NCBI GenBank assembly: GCA_944350095.1 | Contig: CALVOB010000018.1 | Location: 1-58,445, forward strand | Source: an uncultured Clostridia bacterium | GTDB taxonomy: Bacteria > Bacillota > Clostridia > Christensenellales > UBA1242 | Direction of reading: 5' to 3' | Length of the DNA: 58,445 nt | In this document: positions 29,912-40,382 of the stretch, piece by piece | How positions within the stretch are numbered: position 1 is the stretch's first letter | Layout: every line of letters begins with the position of its first letter | Position numbers and translations under genes: made by a program | Notes under the pieces: model-generated | Database searches by the model: none | The model's input: only the letters and a program-made list of their open reading frames with translations | Told to the model about the DNA's origin: nothing

Positions 29912-30450
29912 TTATTATTCATCAATGTTTCATATACATATTCATAAACTAAATGTGCTTTTTCACGCCAATTTTTACAAGTTTCTATTGCATTTTGCCT
30001 AGATGGAGTTTTTACTTTCATTTCAAACAAACTTTGGTTTACAAGCGAAGAACGAATTTTTAACACTACTGTATATGAACCATCATCGTTTTTATTGTAA
30101 TCGCTTACATATTCTTGTGCTCTTTTAAAATGCACCTTATTTTCCTTAGCATATTCAGCAATTTGTTCTCTAAGTTCTGCGGGTATTCTATCGTAAAAAT
30201 GCTCTAAGCAATTCTGCCCTTCATAAGTAATATTATAGCGCTCTTCATTAGCATTCCCCGTTCCAGATTTATATACAAAATTTGCCTCTATAAGTTGATA
30301 GAGAACATCTTTACATTCCATGTAATTAAGCCAATCATTTCTACTTGTACAAATATCTATAATGGAATTCTCTGTTAGAGGTATTTCCATTTTTTCTAAG
30401 ATGAAAAGTAGAGTTAGTTTACTTACAGTTGAGTCTTGTGAAAATTCCAT
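29908..30450 (-). CDS. DUF4364-like protein
   Basis: KLTLLFILEKMEIPL..W.NY..L..L.E..F and IT..G.. pattern, with length matching DUF4364. From memory only. Confidence 0.5.
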   Translation of the reverse strand: MEFSQDSTVSKLTLLFILEKMEIPLTENSIIDICTSRNDWLNYMECKDVLYQLIEANFVYKSGTGNANEERYNITYEGQNCLEHFYDRIPAELREQIAEYAKENKVHFKRAQEYVSDYNKNDDGSYTVVLKIRSSLVNQSLFEMKVKTPSRQNAIETCKNWREKAHLVYEYVYETLMNNN

Positions 30451-30578
30451 ATTATTACGCCCTTAAACAAATTAATTCTAGCATACTAAATAAAATTTAG
30501 CAAAGATTTTATAGTTAAAGTTATTAAATTTCTTTGTTTTTTATTAAGTTTGTGATATTATCTATCTTGGAGAATAAT

Positions 30579-31367
30579 ATGATTTCAATAGAAGAAGTAG
30601 CAAAAATAAATAATCTTATAAATAGTTGCGATGAGCTTGTAAATGGGAAATTTATACTTTCAGAATATAAGATAGCAAAAATTTTAAAGGATATTGGTGA
30701 AAGTAAAGAAGTATATAAATTACTTGCCCAGTGTATGCAAAATTTTAACTTTGACCGAGAATTTTCTCGTGCTGAAATTTCTCTTCCAAGAAAAAAATTT
30801 GTAATGCCAGAAGAACCAGAAAAAATTCTTCCATTTGTGTTCTGTTTATTAATGGAGATAAACAATAAAAAAATTAATTTAAATTCTTTTTTAAACGAAT
30901 ACTATGCAGATGAAGAAAATGTAGATCCATTTACAAAATTTGTAAATAGCACAGTTAAACCATTTAGAGATATAATTTACAATTATTTTAAAGAAGAAGA
31001 AAATAACGAGCAAGAAGATAACAAGCAAGAGCAAAACACTAACAACCCACCTACTCAAAACAACAATCAGTTAGAGCAAGAACACAAAGAAGAAATAGAC
31101 GAAGAAGAAATAGAAATTGAAAACTTTTTCAATGAATGTGAAAATATATGTAAAGACATACTTTCAGAGCTACAATATGAACGCAAAAAAGATTTAGTAG
31201 ACGATGCAAAATATGTAGTAGAAACAATGATTACAGCTTGTGAAGAAAAAAATTTCCGAACCCTAAGTGCCCTAATAATATCATTCGGAGCAATGAGTGA
31301 AAACTTAAAGAGCATACGCTTTTTAACAAGAGAATTAAAAAACATTTTAATATCTTTTTTCGGTTAA
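30579..31367 (+). CDS. Hypothetical acidic protein (262 aa)
   Basis: Start at 30579 after GGAG. Low-complexity E/N/Q-rich centre. Confidence 0.5.
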   Translation: MISIEEVAKINNLINSCDELVNGKFILSEYKIAKILKDIGESKEVYKLLAQCMQNFNFDREFSRAEISLPRKKFVMPEEPEKILPFVFCLLMEINNKKINLNSFLNEYYADEENVDPFTKFVNSTVKPFRDIIYNYFKEEENNEQEDNKQEQNTNNPPTQNNNQLEQEHKEEIDEEEIEIENFFNECENICKDILSELQYERKKDLVDDAKYVVETMITACEEKNFRTLSALIISFGAMSENLKSIRFLTRELKNILISFFG

Positions 31368-31369
31368 TT

Positions 31370-31404
31370 AAAAATCCACTAATTTTAAATTAGTGGATTT
31401 TTTT
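31370..31404. terminator. Bidirectional rho-independent terminator
   Basis: AAAATCCACTAATT/AATTAGTGGATTTT stem, followed by a T-run. Confidence 0.75.
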
Positions 31405-31529
31405 ATTCTACATTTAGTAGTTTTTATTATTTAACCAAATAAAAAAATATTATAATTTCTACAATTTTAAGAAAAACAAAAATATTCTTATTTATAATTT
31501 TCCATAAAAAAGAGGCTTAAAAAACCCCT

Positions 31530-32231
31530 TTAATTATCTAAATAAATATATCTTCTACAATTTTCACATTCAAGAATTCCATTTTTCTTTAACTTTTCTA
31601 TTTGTGCCACTGAAAGCTCCATCATACAGCCACCACATGATGAACCCCTAAGAGGAACAAATATTGGAAAAAATTTATCCGTTCTTTTTGCTTTATATCT
31701 ACTTAATAATTCTTTATCTATTCCCTTTTCTAAGCTTGCAAGTTCTTGTTGAAGTTTATGAATTTCGGGCTCTTTCTTCTGCCTTTCAACTTCATATTTT
31801 TGTTTATGTTCGGCATGTTTTGCTTTTGCTACACCATATCTTTTTTTGGTGTTGTCAAACTCATCTAAAATCTTTTTTACTGTATCAGCTTGCGACATGA
31901 TTTTCTTTTCAAGATAATTTAAGTTGGAAACTATTTTATTTGTCAATTCTTTTAAGTCTTGAATTCCTTTTTCGTCAAGAGCATCTAAATCTTTTCTTTC
32001 CAAAGTGTCTAAAAGTTTTTGATTGTCTTCAAAAGCTTTTTTTAAATTATTGTAATCTCTTACTACATCTTCTGCATTTTTATCTAAACTAGCTGAACGA
32101 GCCTGTGCATCTTTTGCCACATTTTGCATATTTTGATAAATCTTTCTATCTTCACTAGTTTCTAATTCACGCTCTAAATTTATAACTTTTTTATCTTTTT
32201 CTTGATATTCTAAAATCTTTTTTATATCCAT
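31530..32231 (-). CDS. Coiled-coil protein with C-terminal C4 zinc ribbon (COG1579 / zf-RING_7 type)
   Basis: Long coiled coil followed by CGGC..(x)..CENC. Confidence 0.6.
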   Translation of the reverse strand: MDIKKILEYQEKDKKVINLERELETSEDRKIYQNMQNVAKDAQARSASLDKNAEDVVRDYNNLKKAFEDNQKLLDTLERKDLDALDEKGIQDLKELTNKIVSNLNYLEKKIMSQADTVKKILDEFDNTKKRYGVAKAKHAEHKQKYEVERQKKEPEIHKLQQELASLEKGIDKELLSRYKAKRTDKFFPIFVPLRGSSCGGCMMELSVAQIEKLKKNGILECENCRRYIYLDN

Positions 32232-32240
32232 AAACTTCTC

Positions 32241-33296
32241 CTATTCATTAAAATCTACAAGTTTTTTTGCTCTTGATGGATGTCTTAATTTCCTAAGAGC
32301 CTTGGCTTCAATCTGACGAATTCTTTCACGCGTAACATTAAACTCTCTGCCCACTTCCTCAAGCGTTCTAGGGTGAGAATCATCAAGACCATATCTTAGT
32401 CTTATAACTTTTTGTTCTCTTGGAGTTAAAGTTTCTATAATAGACAATAATTGTTCTCTAAGAAGATTTTGACTAGCAACTTCAACAGGCGATTTTATGG
32501 TTTCATCTTCAATAAAATCTGCAATTTTGCTATCATCTTCTTCACCAACAGGGCTTTCAAGTGAAATAGGGTCTTGTGCTATTTTTTGAATTTCACTAAC
32601 CTTATCTGCTGATATACCCATAAATTCAGCAATCTCTTCTGTTGTTGGGTCACGCCCTAATTTTTGAATTAATTGTCTTGTTGCACGAGTAAGTTTATGA
32701 ATTGTTTCAACCATGTGAACAGGTATTCTTATAGTTCTAGCTTGGTCTGCCATGGCACGAGTTATGCTCTGACGAATCCACCAAGTTGCATAAGTAGAAA
32801 AACGGAAACCTTTTGTATGGTCAAATTTTTCAACAGCTTTAATTAATCCTATGTTGCCTTCTTGAATTAAATCCAAAAACTGCATTCCAGAGCGTCCTAC
32901 ATAACGCTTTGCTATGCTTACAACAAGCCTTAAATTGCTTTCAGATAGTTTAGCCTTTGCATATTCATCACCCTCCAAAACTTTTTTAGCAAGTTCAACT
33001 TCCTCTTCTGGCGACAAAAGTGGCGCTTTGCCTATATCCTTTAAATACATTTTAACAGGGTCATCTGAATTTACTTGAACTAAAAGGCTGTCTAAATTCA
33101 TATCCTTTTCAGGCTCTAACGACTTTATAATTTTAATGCCATGCTCTTCTAGCCTTTTTATAAATTCGTTTGTTTCCTCCGCTGTTGCTTCAGCCTTAAA
33201 AAGTTTAGCATAAATATCTTCATCGTTCACAGAACCTTTTTTAGAACCAATATCAATAAATTTTTTTAGTTCCAACTGTAATTTTTCGTTAAGCAT
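32241..33296 (-). CDS. sigA: Primary RNA polymerase sigma factor
   Basis: [27 protein letters not shown] region 2.4/3 and a region 4 HTH. Overlaps the dnaG stop. Confidence 0.95.
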   Translation of the reverse strand: MLNEKLQLELKKFIDIGSKKGSVNDEDIYAKLFKAEATAEETNEFIKRLEEHGIKIIKSLEPEKDMNLDSLLVQVNSDDPVKMYLKDIGKAPLLSPEEEVELAKKVLEGDEYAKAKLSESNLRLVVSIAKRYVGRSGMQFLDLIQEGNIGLIKAVEKFDHTKGFRFSTYATWWIRQSITRAMADQARTIRIPVHMVETIHKLTRATRQLIQKLGRDPTTEEIAEFMGISADKVSEIQKIAQDPISLESPVGEEDDSKIADFIEDETIKSPVEVASQNLLREQLLSIIETLTPREQKVIRLRYGLDDSHPRTLEEVGREFNVTRERIRQIEAKALRKLRHPSRAKKLVDFNE

Positions 33297-35064
33297 TAAA
33301 ATCCTCCAAATTTTTATTCTTCACTTGTTTTGTAACAGAGTTTAATTCCTCTAAAATTTTTTTTCTTTCTTCTTGCGAAGTAGCTTCTTTAAACATTGTT
33401 GTAAGTTTTGCTTGCTTGTCCTTTAAATAACTTTCTACTATAAGCCAAAGACATTCTTCAAAGTATTGCTTTTCATCTTTAATTTCTTCAAAGTTGTAAT
33501 TTATTATCTCTTTTATTTCTGGCAAGTTGTCAACATCATAATAATCAAAAAGCGTTGTTATATGAAGTTCCTTTCCACTATTCTTTCTTTCTTTTATAAG
33601 TGCATAAAGTGAACTTTGATTAGGGTCTTGAATTAATTTGCTTAAATCAAATTTAATTTCAGCAAATTCCTTTCTATGAAGCATGCAAGCCAAAATATAA
33701 TTTATTGCCTTTGTGCTAACATTTAAAGGCTTAACTTGCAAATCTTCTTTTTTTTCTTCTTTAACTTGTCCTAAAAGGTCTCGGCGAAGAACATCAAGCG
33801 GTACACCAGAAATATCTTTTATTACCTTTAAATAAACATCTTTTTCCGTTTCTGAACTTAATTCTCTTAAAACATTGAGTGCTTCGCTTACAAACTTTGC
33901 CTTTTCTGCCGGATTAGAAATGTTATATTTCTTTTTTACGGATAAAATTTTAAAATCAGTTGCTGGCACAGCATTTTGTAAAAGCTCTTTAAGCTTGTCC
34001 GCACCATACTCTTTTAGATATTCGTCTGGGTCCTTGCCGTCTGGAAGCATAGCAACTTTAACATTCAAGCCTGCCGTCTCTAAAATAGGTATTGCCCTTA
34101 AACTTGCCTTAATTCCCGCAGTATCGCCATCAAAACAAAGCACTATGTTTTCTGAATATCTTTTAAGCTCCCTAGCATGCTCGTAAGTAAAAGCTGTTCC
34201 AAGGCAAGCAACTGTCTGCCTAAAACCTGCCTTATGCATTGCTATAACATCTATTTGACCTTCTACAATTATTAAATTAGGTATTCCATTTGCTTGTTTT
34301 TCCTTTTTAACAAGGTTTATAGCATAAACAGTTTTACTTTTATCAAAAATAGGTGTAGACGGCGTGTTTTTATACTTTGCCATGCTTTGTCCTGTTAAAT
34401 CTCTAGCACTAAACGCAATACAATCGTTGTTTGAGTTTACTATAGGAAATATAAGCCTGCCAGCTAAAACATCATAGTAACCGCCTTTATTTCCACTTTC
34501 AATGAGCCCTGCTTTTTTTATATCCTCTAACTTTTTGCCTTTCCCCGTTAAATAATTGACTAAATCGTTATAATTTAAACTATAACCAATCTCAAAATTT
34601 TCAAGTTCTCGCCTGCCAAGCCCGCGTTTTTTTATGTAATCTTGTGCAAGTTTTGCCTCTTTTAAATATATGTTTTCCTTATAATGCTCTCGGGCCAAAT
34701 TTAAAATGCTAAGTAACTCGTCCTTTTCCTTTTTTCTTTCTAGAAATTTTTCATCACCAGAATACTTAGGAAGTTCAAGCCCTGCGTTTTTTGCAAGTTC
34801 TTCAACTGCATCAGGATAATCTAGATTTTCATATTTCATTATAAAAGTTATAACATCGCCAGATTCCTTACAGCCAAAGCAGTGATAATATTGGTCATAT
34901 TCATTAATGCAAAAAGATGGAGTTTTCTCGGAATGAAAGGGGCAACAAGCCCAATAATTTTTTCCTTTTTTCTCCACGCGTAAATATTTAGAGATAGTGC
35001 TAACAATTTCATTTTTACTCTTTAGTTTATCAATGAAATCGGAGTTAAATCCTTTACCTAACAT
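33289..35064 (-). CDS. dnaG: DNA primase
   Basis: [25 protein letters not shown] zinc finger and Toprim EGQIDV. Confidence 0.95.
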   Translation of the reverse strand: MLGKGFNSDFIDKLKSKNEIVSTISKYLRVEKKGKNYWACCPFHSEKTPSFCINEYDQYYHCFGCKESGDVITFIMKYENLDYPDAVEELAKNAGLELPKYSGDEKFLERKKEKDELLSILNLAREHYKENIYLKEAKLAQDYIKKRGLGRRELENFEIGYSLNYNDLVNYLTGKGKKLEDIKKAGLIESGNKGGYYDVLAGRLIFPIVNSNNDCIAFSARDLTGQSMAKYKNTPSTPIFDKSKTVYAINLVKKEKQANGIPNLIIVEGQIDVIAMHKAGFRQTVACLGTAFTYEHARELKRYSENIVLCFDGDTAGIKASLRAIPILETAGLNVKVAMLPDGKDPDEYLKEYGADKLKELLQNAVPATDFKILSVKKKYNISNPAEKAKFVSEALNVLRELSSETEKDVYLKVIKDISGVPLDVLRRDLLGQVKEEKKEDLQVKPLNVSTKAINYILACMLHRKEFAEIKFDLSKLIQDPNQSSLYALIKERKNSGKELHITTLFDYYDVDNLPEIKEIINYNFEEIKDEKQYFEECLWLIVESYLKDKQAKLTTMFKEATSQEERKKILEELNSVTKQVKNKNLEDFNA

Positions 35065-35274
35065 TAAAAATAAGACCCTTTAAAAATCGCAACTAATATA
35101 GTTATTCGACATTAGAGTCTTAAATTCCTTTTTTATTTTAAAAATTTTTAAAAAGTTAAAAGAAAAGTCCAAACGATTTGAAATAATGTGAAAAAGTCAA
35201 TGATAATTTTAGCAAAGTTTTAATGTTCTAAAAAGAGTTTTTTTAAAGTTAAATTAAAGTTACATAAGTTATAA

Positions 35275-35350
35275 AAAAACACCACATAAGGTTTTAAGCG
35301 AATATTTAATAGCCTAGCTATTAAATTGCGTATATCCATGTGGTGTTTTT
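35275..35350. terminator. Long hairpin (13-bp outer stem plus inner 10-bp stem), terminator-like
   Basis: AAAAACACCACAT/ATGTGGTGTTTTT encloses ATTTAATAGC/GCTATTAAAT. A-run on the left, T-run on the right. Confidence 0.5.
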
Positions 35351-35471
35351 AAAGTTAAAATTAAATTTTATAAGGTTAAATTATTTAAACGGGTTGTATA
35401 CCTTACTATTTTAAGCTGTTTTTCTAACCTTTTATTTTAAAGAGATTTATCAAACCATTTTAAGCGGTTTG

Positions 35472-38381
35472 TTATTTCCAAGCAGAACCATTCCACACAT
35501 AAGTTGTAGAACCATTAGTAAGTTTAATTTTATTTGTCATTGAACTTCCAATAACACTTGAAGTAAGTTTGGTTTTAGCAGTTCTAATTTGTCCGCTTGC
35601 AACTGTTATAACAGTTGGAGTTTTTGTTGAAGCATCGGTGCAAAAGGATTCAATACCTAAGGTTAAATTATTCCAGTCTACAACATTTGTCATGTCTATA
35701 TTAATTAATCCACTGCAACCATAAAAGGCATAAACATCTATTCTTATTACTCCTTCTGGAATATTTATACTACTTAAATTTCTACAATGATAAAAGGCTC
35801 TATTACCTATACTTTTTACTCCTTCTGGCAAACTTATGCTACTTAAATTAGAACAATAAGAAAAGGCATACTCACCTATACTTGTTAACTGGCTGTTTTC
35901 ACCAAAAGTCACGCTACTTAAATTACTGCACTTATAAAAGGCATACTCACCTATACTTGTTACACTACTTGGCAAAATTATGTTAGTTAAACTACTGCAA
36001 GAAGAAAATGCACTAGAACCTATGCTTATTCCACTGTTTGGCAAAGTTACGCTAGTTAAATTACTGCAAGAAGAAAATGCACTAGAACCTATACTTGTTA
36101 CACTATTTGGCAAACTAACGCTAGTTAAAGCATAGCATTTATAAAAAGCATACTCATTTATTTCAGTAGTTCCAGCTTTTATGTTTACTTCTTTAATACT
36201 TGACCTATCTATTGGTGATAATGCTATATATGTTCCATCATCATTTTTATAGTACTGCATTCCATATTCTTTTATTATTTTTGTTTGTTCATCTGTAGTA
36301 TGTATTACTTTTTCATAACTAAAATAACTTGAAACATTTAAACCTGTATAGTTATATACTTCTGCTAGGGCATAGCAATAATTAAAGGCAGAAGAACCTA
36401 TCTCTTTTACACTGCTTGGCAAAGTTAGGCTAGTTAAAGCGTAGCATTCATAAAAGGCATATTTGTTTATCTTAGTTGTACTATCTTTAAAGGTTATTTC
36501 ATTTATTGTATTTCTATTGCCATATGTACCTATTGCTATTATATCTGTGCCATCATCATAATACTGCACATTGCCATTTCCTGATATTTTAGATGCTGGC
36601 TTTTCATCTCCTACTTTTAAGTTATGTATTTTTAATGCATATTGCCCTAAATCTCCAACACTAGAAGAACCATCTAAAGTTAAACTTGAATAGTTATATA
36701 TTTCTACTAGTGCATAGCAACTATCAAAGGCAAGAGTTCCTATACTTGATACAGTACTTGGAATTGTTATGCTACTTAAACTAGTGCAACTAGAAAAAGC
36801 AGAAGAACCTATCTCTGTTACTCCTTCTGGTATATTTATGCTACTTAAACTACTGCAATCCCTAAAGGCAGAAGAACCTATCTCTGTTACTCCTTCTGGT
36901 ATGTTTATGCTACTTAAACTACTGCATTGATAAAAGGCCTTATAACCTATACTTGTTAACTGGCTATTCGAACCAAAACTCACGCTACTTAAACCACTGC
37001 AACCATTAAAGGCACCATTACCTATACTTTTTACTCCATCTAGAATTGTTATGCTACTTAAACTACTACAATTATAAAAGGTATAATTACCTATACTTTT
37101 TACTCCATCTGGAATTGTTATGCTACTTAATAAACTACTGCAATTATAAAAGGCATGCTCACCTATACTTGTTACTCCATCTGGAATATTTATGCTACTT
37201 AAACTACTACAATTATAAAAGGCATAATCACCTATACTTGTTGCTCCATCTGGAATTGTTATGCTACTTAAACTACTACAATTATAAAAGGTATAATCAC
37301 CTATACTTGTTACTCCTTTTGGAATATTTATGCTACTTAAACTATTGCAATTATAAAAGGCAGAACCACCTATGCTTTTTACACTTTCTGCTATATTAAT
37401 TGAGGTCAAATCTTTGCAACTATAAAAAGCATAGCTATCTATCGTAATTATTCCATTTTGAATTATAATATTGCTAGAAGGTGCCAAATCTGTAAATCCG
37501 CTATTAGGTATTGAAGGTTTTTCTGGAAGTCGTATAATATTATGATTATTTATCACACCGACAAAATTTGAATTACTATCCATTGTTTTTATTGCTGTTA
37601 TAGGAGTTCCATCAAAATACATGCTCGGCACAACCAATGTTTCAGGTTTTTCTTCTAAATTTTTATATGTATCTGATAATCCCGTTACTGCTGTATGGTC
37701 AGAACTGTAAGTAAAATAATCATAATTTATCGTAGGAGGAACAAATACCTCAAAATTTACATCTATCGTTAAACTTTTGTTTGTAAATGATGATGAAAAG
37801 TTTGTTAACTTCATTGTTATTGTATATGTTCCTGTTTGGGCTGTTTCACCATTATAGCCACCTATTGTTAAAGATGAAGATGTTTCTTCTATGTTTACCT
37901 TTCCTTGAACATCTGTATCTTGTAAAAAGGTGTCTTTATTTGTGGTTATTGTTGCTTGGATATCTTTCTCTGAATAGTTTGTAAATGTTAAACTATATCT
38001 TATTATGTTTTCTTCTTCACTAAACTCTACATTCCCTATTGTCCATGCTGTCATAGTACCATTTGATGATGTTCCTACTGGCGCATCATTATAATCTGTT
38101 GTTTGAGTGTCAGTTTCCTGTTCTTCATCTACTGCGTCATAAGAATATCCTATGTAGTAATAGTCTGAACCCTCTGGTTCTTCTGCTCTTGTAGGTTCTG
38201 TGGTATCATTACCCTTTAAAACTTCACCTTTTACTTTTACATAAACTCCGCTAGCCTCAAAGCTTACACTACTTGTTACATTTAAACCTACTTGGCTTGC
38301 TGATAGTACGCCTACTATCATCATACATAGGCTTGCACAAAATGCTGTTAGTGTACCTATTAACTTTGCTCTCTTCTTCAT
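35472..38381 (-). CDS. BspA-type leucine-rich-repeat surface protein (969 aa) with N-terminal TM anchor
   Basis: Dozens of about 23-aa units, SIG..AF..CSSLSSI.IP.GV. The N-terminal 215 aa are paralogous to the 300-aa protein at 47120-48022. Confidence 0.85.
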   Translation of the reverse strand: MKKRAKLIGTLTAFCASLCMMIVGVLSASQVGLNVTSSVSFEASGVYVKVKGEVLKGNDTTEPTRAEEPEGSDYYYIGYSYDAVDEEQETDTQTTDYNDAPVGTSSNGTMTAWTIGNVEFSEEENIIRYSLTFTNYSEKDIQATITTNKDTFLQDTDVQGKVNIEETSSSLTIGGYNGETAQTGTYTITMKLTNFSSSFTNKSLTIDVNFEVFVPPTINYDYFTYSSDHTAVTGLSDTYKNLEEKPETLVVPSMYFDGTPITAIKTMDSNSNFVGVINNHNIIRLPEKPSIPNSGFTDLAPSSNIIIQNGIITIDSYAFYSCKDLTSINIAESVKSIGGSAFYNCNSLSSINIPKGVTSIGDYTFYNCSSLSSITIPDGATSIGDYAFYNCSSLSSINIPDGVTSIGEHAFYNCSSLLSSITIPDGVKSIGNYTFYNCSSLSSITILDGVKSIGNGAFNGCSGLSSVSFGSNSQLTSIGYKAFYQCSSLSSINIPEGVTEIGSSAFRDCSSLSSINIPEGVTEIGSSAFSSCTSLSSITIPSTVSSIGTLAFDSCYALVEIYNYSSLTLDGSSSVGDLGQYALKIHNLKVGDEKPASKISGNGNVQYYDDGTDIIAIGTYGNRNTINEITFKDSTTKINKYAFYECYALTSLTLPSSVKEIGSSAFNYCYALAEVYNYTGLNVSSYFSYEKVIHTTDEQTKIIKEYGMQYYKNDDGTYIALSPIDRSSIKEVNIKAGTTEINEYAFYKCYALTSVSLPNSVTSIGSSAFSSCSNLTSVTLPNSGISIGSSAFSSCSSLTNIILPSSVTSIGEYAFYKCSNLSSVTFGENSQLTSIGEYAFSYCSNLSSISLPEGVKSIGNRAFYHCRNLSSINIPEGVIRIDVYAFYGCSGLINIDMTNVVDWNNLTLGIESFCTDASTKTPTVITVASGQIRTAKTKLTSSVIGSSMTNKIKLTNGSTTYVWNGSAWK
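36714..37448 (-). repeat. Tandem 69-bp (one 72-bp) near-identical coding repeats
   Basis: The period is visible directly in the DNA and in the antisense ORF 37046-37399. It corresponds to LRR units at about aa 312-556. Confidence 0.85.
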
Positions 38382-38630
38382 ATTTTACTCCTTTGTTTAT
38401 TTTGTTAAATTTACACTCAAATATTCATAATCATTAATTTACTATTAATATAACACATTTAATCAAACATATCAAAGCAAATTTAACATATTTTTTAATA
38501 AAATATAAGCAAATGTATTATGTTTTTTACAAATAATTGACCTATATTCAATAAATTATTTTCATAACTTATATACAAATAAAAATATTTATAAATAAAA
38601 TAATAAGAACATAATTTTTTATGCTAATAA

Positions 38631-38684
38631 ATTCTACCCCCGCATTTTTCAAACAAACGAATATTTTTTTTGAAAAAATATTCG
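38631..38684 (-). promoter_or_regulatory. Poly-G (G5) cassette homologous to the 48111-48138 promoter, plus a 12-bp AT hairpin
   Basis: Minus strand reads AAAAATGC-G5-TAGAAT. CGAATATTTTTT/AAAAAATATTCG is at 38658-38684. Lies about 250 nt upstream of the LRR gene. Confidence 0.4.
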
Positions 38685-38810
38685 CAAATTTTTTTACTAA
38701 CACTATCTTTAACCAAATTTTATTTTACTCTGATTAAAATTTTCAATTTTAAAGTTTTTTTGTTATTATTTAAAAAAATAAAGAACTTTGAATTTTTAAC
38801 ATTTACGCAT

Positions 38811-38856
38811 AAAAAAATGCCCTATAATATGAAAATCATATTTTAGGGCGTTTTTA
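38811..38856 (-). terminator. Rho-independent terminator ending the phage-like operon
   Basis: 14-bp stem GCCCTATAATATGA/TCATATTTTAGGGC (1 mismatch) flanked by A7 and T5, 42 nt after the holin stop. Confidence 0.75.
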
Positions 38857-38897
38857 TTTAATTTATTTTAAATTATTTTAAGATTTTTATTATATTT

Positions 38898-39185
38898 TTA
38901 ATCTTTTTTATCTTCAATTTCTACTATATTTTCTTTGTCTTTTTCTTCTGAATTTTTTTGGTTAATTTCTGTTTCTTCTGTGTTTTCTTCTGTTTCTTTT
39001 TTATTTGGCATTGTAACTATTCCAAATACAACTAAAACTCCGCAAACAGACATTATTATATCAGATATTAACTCTTCTTGTACTTCTACTCCAAAGCACT
39101 TTGTTATAGACTGCACAAGTATTACTACCGCACCAGAAAGTGCCGTCCAAAATCCATACGATTTTATTCTATCTTTAAATTTCAT
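38898..39185 (-). CDS. Holin (phi LC3 / Phage_holin_1-like)
   Basis: KDRIKSYGFWTALSGAVVILVQ..FG..VVFGIVTMP pattern, two TM helices, charged C-tail. Confidence 0.6.
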   Translation of the reverse strand: MKFKDRIKSYGFWTALSGAVVILVQSITKCFGVEVQEELISDIIMSVCGVLVVFGIVTMPNKKETEENTEETEINQKNSEEKDKENIVEIEDKKD

Positions 39186-39411
39186 TTAATTTTTTTCCTT
39201 TTTTCTTGGGCATTATTATAACTTTTTTTATTTCACAAATATCTTCTTTTATATCTTCAACGATATCTAAATGATGTGAAAGTTTTTTAATTGCGTCTTG
39301 ATATTTTTCTTCCCGCTTTTTACTATCCTTAATTTGAATAAATAAAAGTGATACAAAAAGTATGGCAAAAATACCATTACTTATAATAATATTAATAATA
39401 TCTTGCCACAT
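39175..39411 (-). CDS. BhlA/UviB-family holin-like protein
   Basis: Single N-terminal TM (GIFAILFVSLLFIQIK), then DSKKREEKY and a helical tail, as in BhlA/UviB. Confidence 0.5.
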   Translation of the reverse strand: MWQDIINIIISNGIFAILFVSLLFIQIKDSKKREEKYQDAIKKLSHHLDIVEDIKEDICEIKKVIIMPKKKGKKLNEI

Positions 39412-39413
39412 AA

Positions 39414-40283
39414 CTATCTATTTTTTAGAGCTTGCAAAAGTGTAGCGTAATAATTGCCAAGTTCAATTTTATATTGGTCGTTATTAGTAAGTTCAGCCAA
39501 AGCTTCATCTTTATCTAATGTATAGAAATATGAAAGAGCTAAGTTGTACTTTTCCCCTTCTTTAACTCTATTTAGAGCTGTTGAACCATATTTACCAATA
39601 AAATCTGCTAATTCTTGATTTTGCTTTTGCTGATTTAATTTATACTCAGCTTCTGTTTCCGCTATCTTGTTGTTATACTCTAATACTTCCTTTTCTTTTT
39701 CTTCAATTTCTTTATTAATCTCTTCTATTTTTTCATTAAGTTTGGTAGCGTAAGAAATATCAAAGGAATTTAATGCATTTTGTTTTTGACTTTCTAAAAG
39801 CGATTTTTCTTCTTCTAATTCTTGAAATTTTTGATTATATTCTTGATCTAATTTAGAATATTCTTCAAGCATACCTTGGTCAAAAGCATCTAAAATATTT
39901 ACAACAATTGAAGACCTAGCAAGGCCTCTACTAGTTGCATCCATAGACGCATCTTGTTTTAATTCAGAATATGTGTTTTTTAAACTTTCCTTTTGTGTAT
40001 CTAAATTTTGTTTATTAGTAGATTGAAGATTGTTTATACTATCCACTTTTGTTGAATATTCTTCCAATATATCGTTTTTACCTTGGTCTAAATAGCTTTG
40101 CAAACTAGACTTAGCACTTTCTTCCACTTCTTCCTTAGTTGGAGCTGTGTATTCCATTCTATCAAGGGTTAAATCGGAATTATCAAAAGAATATTTTTTA
40201 TCAATGTTTTTAAACTCATCAAAAAGATTAGCTTGCTTATTTATTTTTTCTGACTGTTCGTCTGTAAATTTGTATGTATACAT
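39414..40283 (-). CDS. Coiled-coil phage-module protein (289 aa)
   Basis: Start at 40283 after AAAGGAG. Heptad-rich E/K/Q sequence. Function unknown. Confidence 0.5.
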   Translation of the reverse strand: MYTYKFTDEQSEKINKQANLFDEFKNIDKKYSFDNSDLTLDRMEYTAPTKEEVEESAKSSLQSYLDQGKNDILEEYSTKVDSINNLQSTNKQNLDTQKESLKNTYSELKQDASMDATSRGLARSSIVVNILDAFDQGMLEEYSKLDQEYNQKFQELEEEKSLLESQKQNALNSFDISYATKLNEKIEEINKEIEEKEKEVLEYNNKIAETEAEYKLNQQKQNQELADFIGKYGSTALNRVKEGEKYNLALSYFYTLDKDEALAELTNNDQYKIELGNYYATLLQALKNR

Positions 40284-40382
40284 TTTTTCTCCTTTTGCAT
40301 TTCTCTTAAATTTAAAATTTCTGGACATTTTTCATAAAAATTTTTTCTTTTAAACCTTTGTATTTTATAATAAATTTCTAAA

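Noticed and set aside
37046-37399. Antisense or nested ORFs in the track, for example 37046-37399, 42777-43094, 45509-45782, 9340-9702, 29446-29880 and 30524-30865
   Set aside because: They lie inside, or opposite, well-supported longer genes. Their composition is low-complexity or repeat-mirroring, and they lack RBSs.
36714-37448. Regular 69-bp periodic repeats that might be taken for a CRISPR array
   Set aside because: The repeats are contiguous with no unique spacers. They are in frame within a 969-aa ORF and encode canonical BspA-type LRR units. No cas genes are present.
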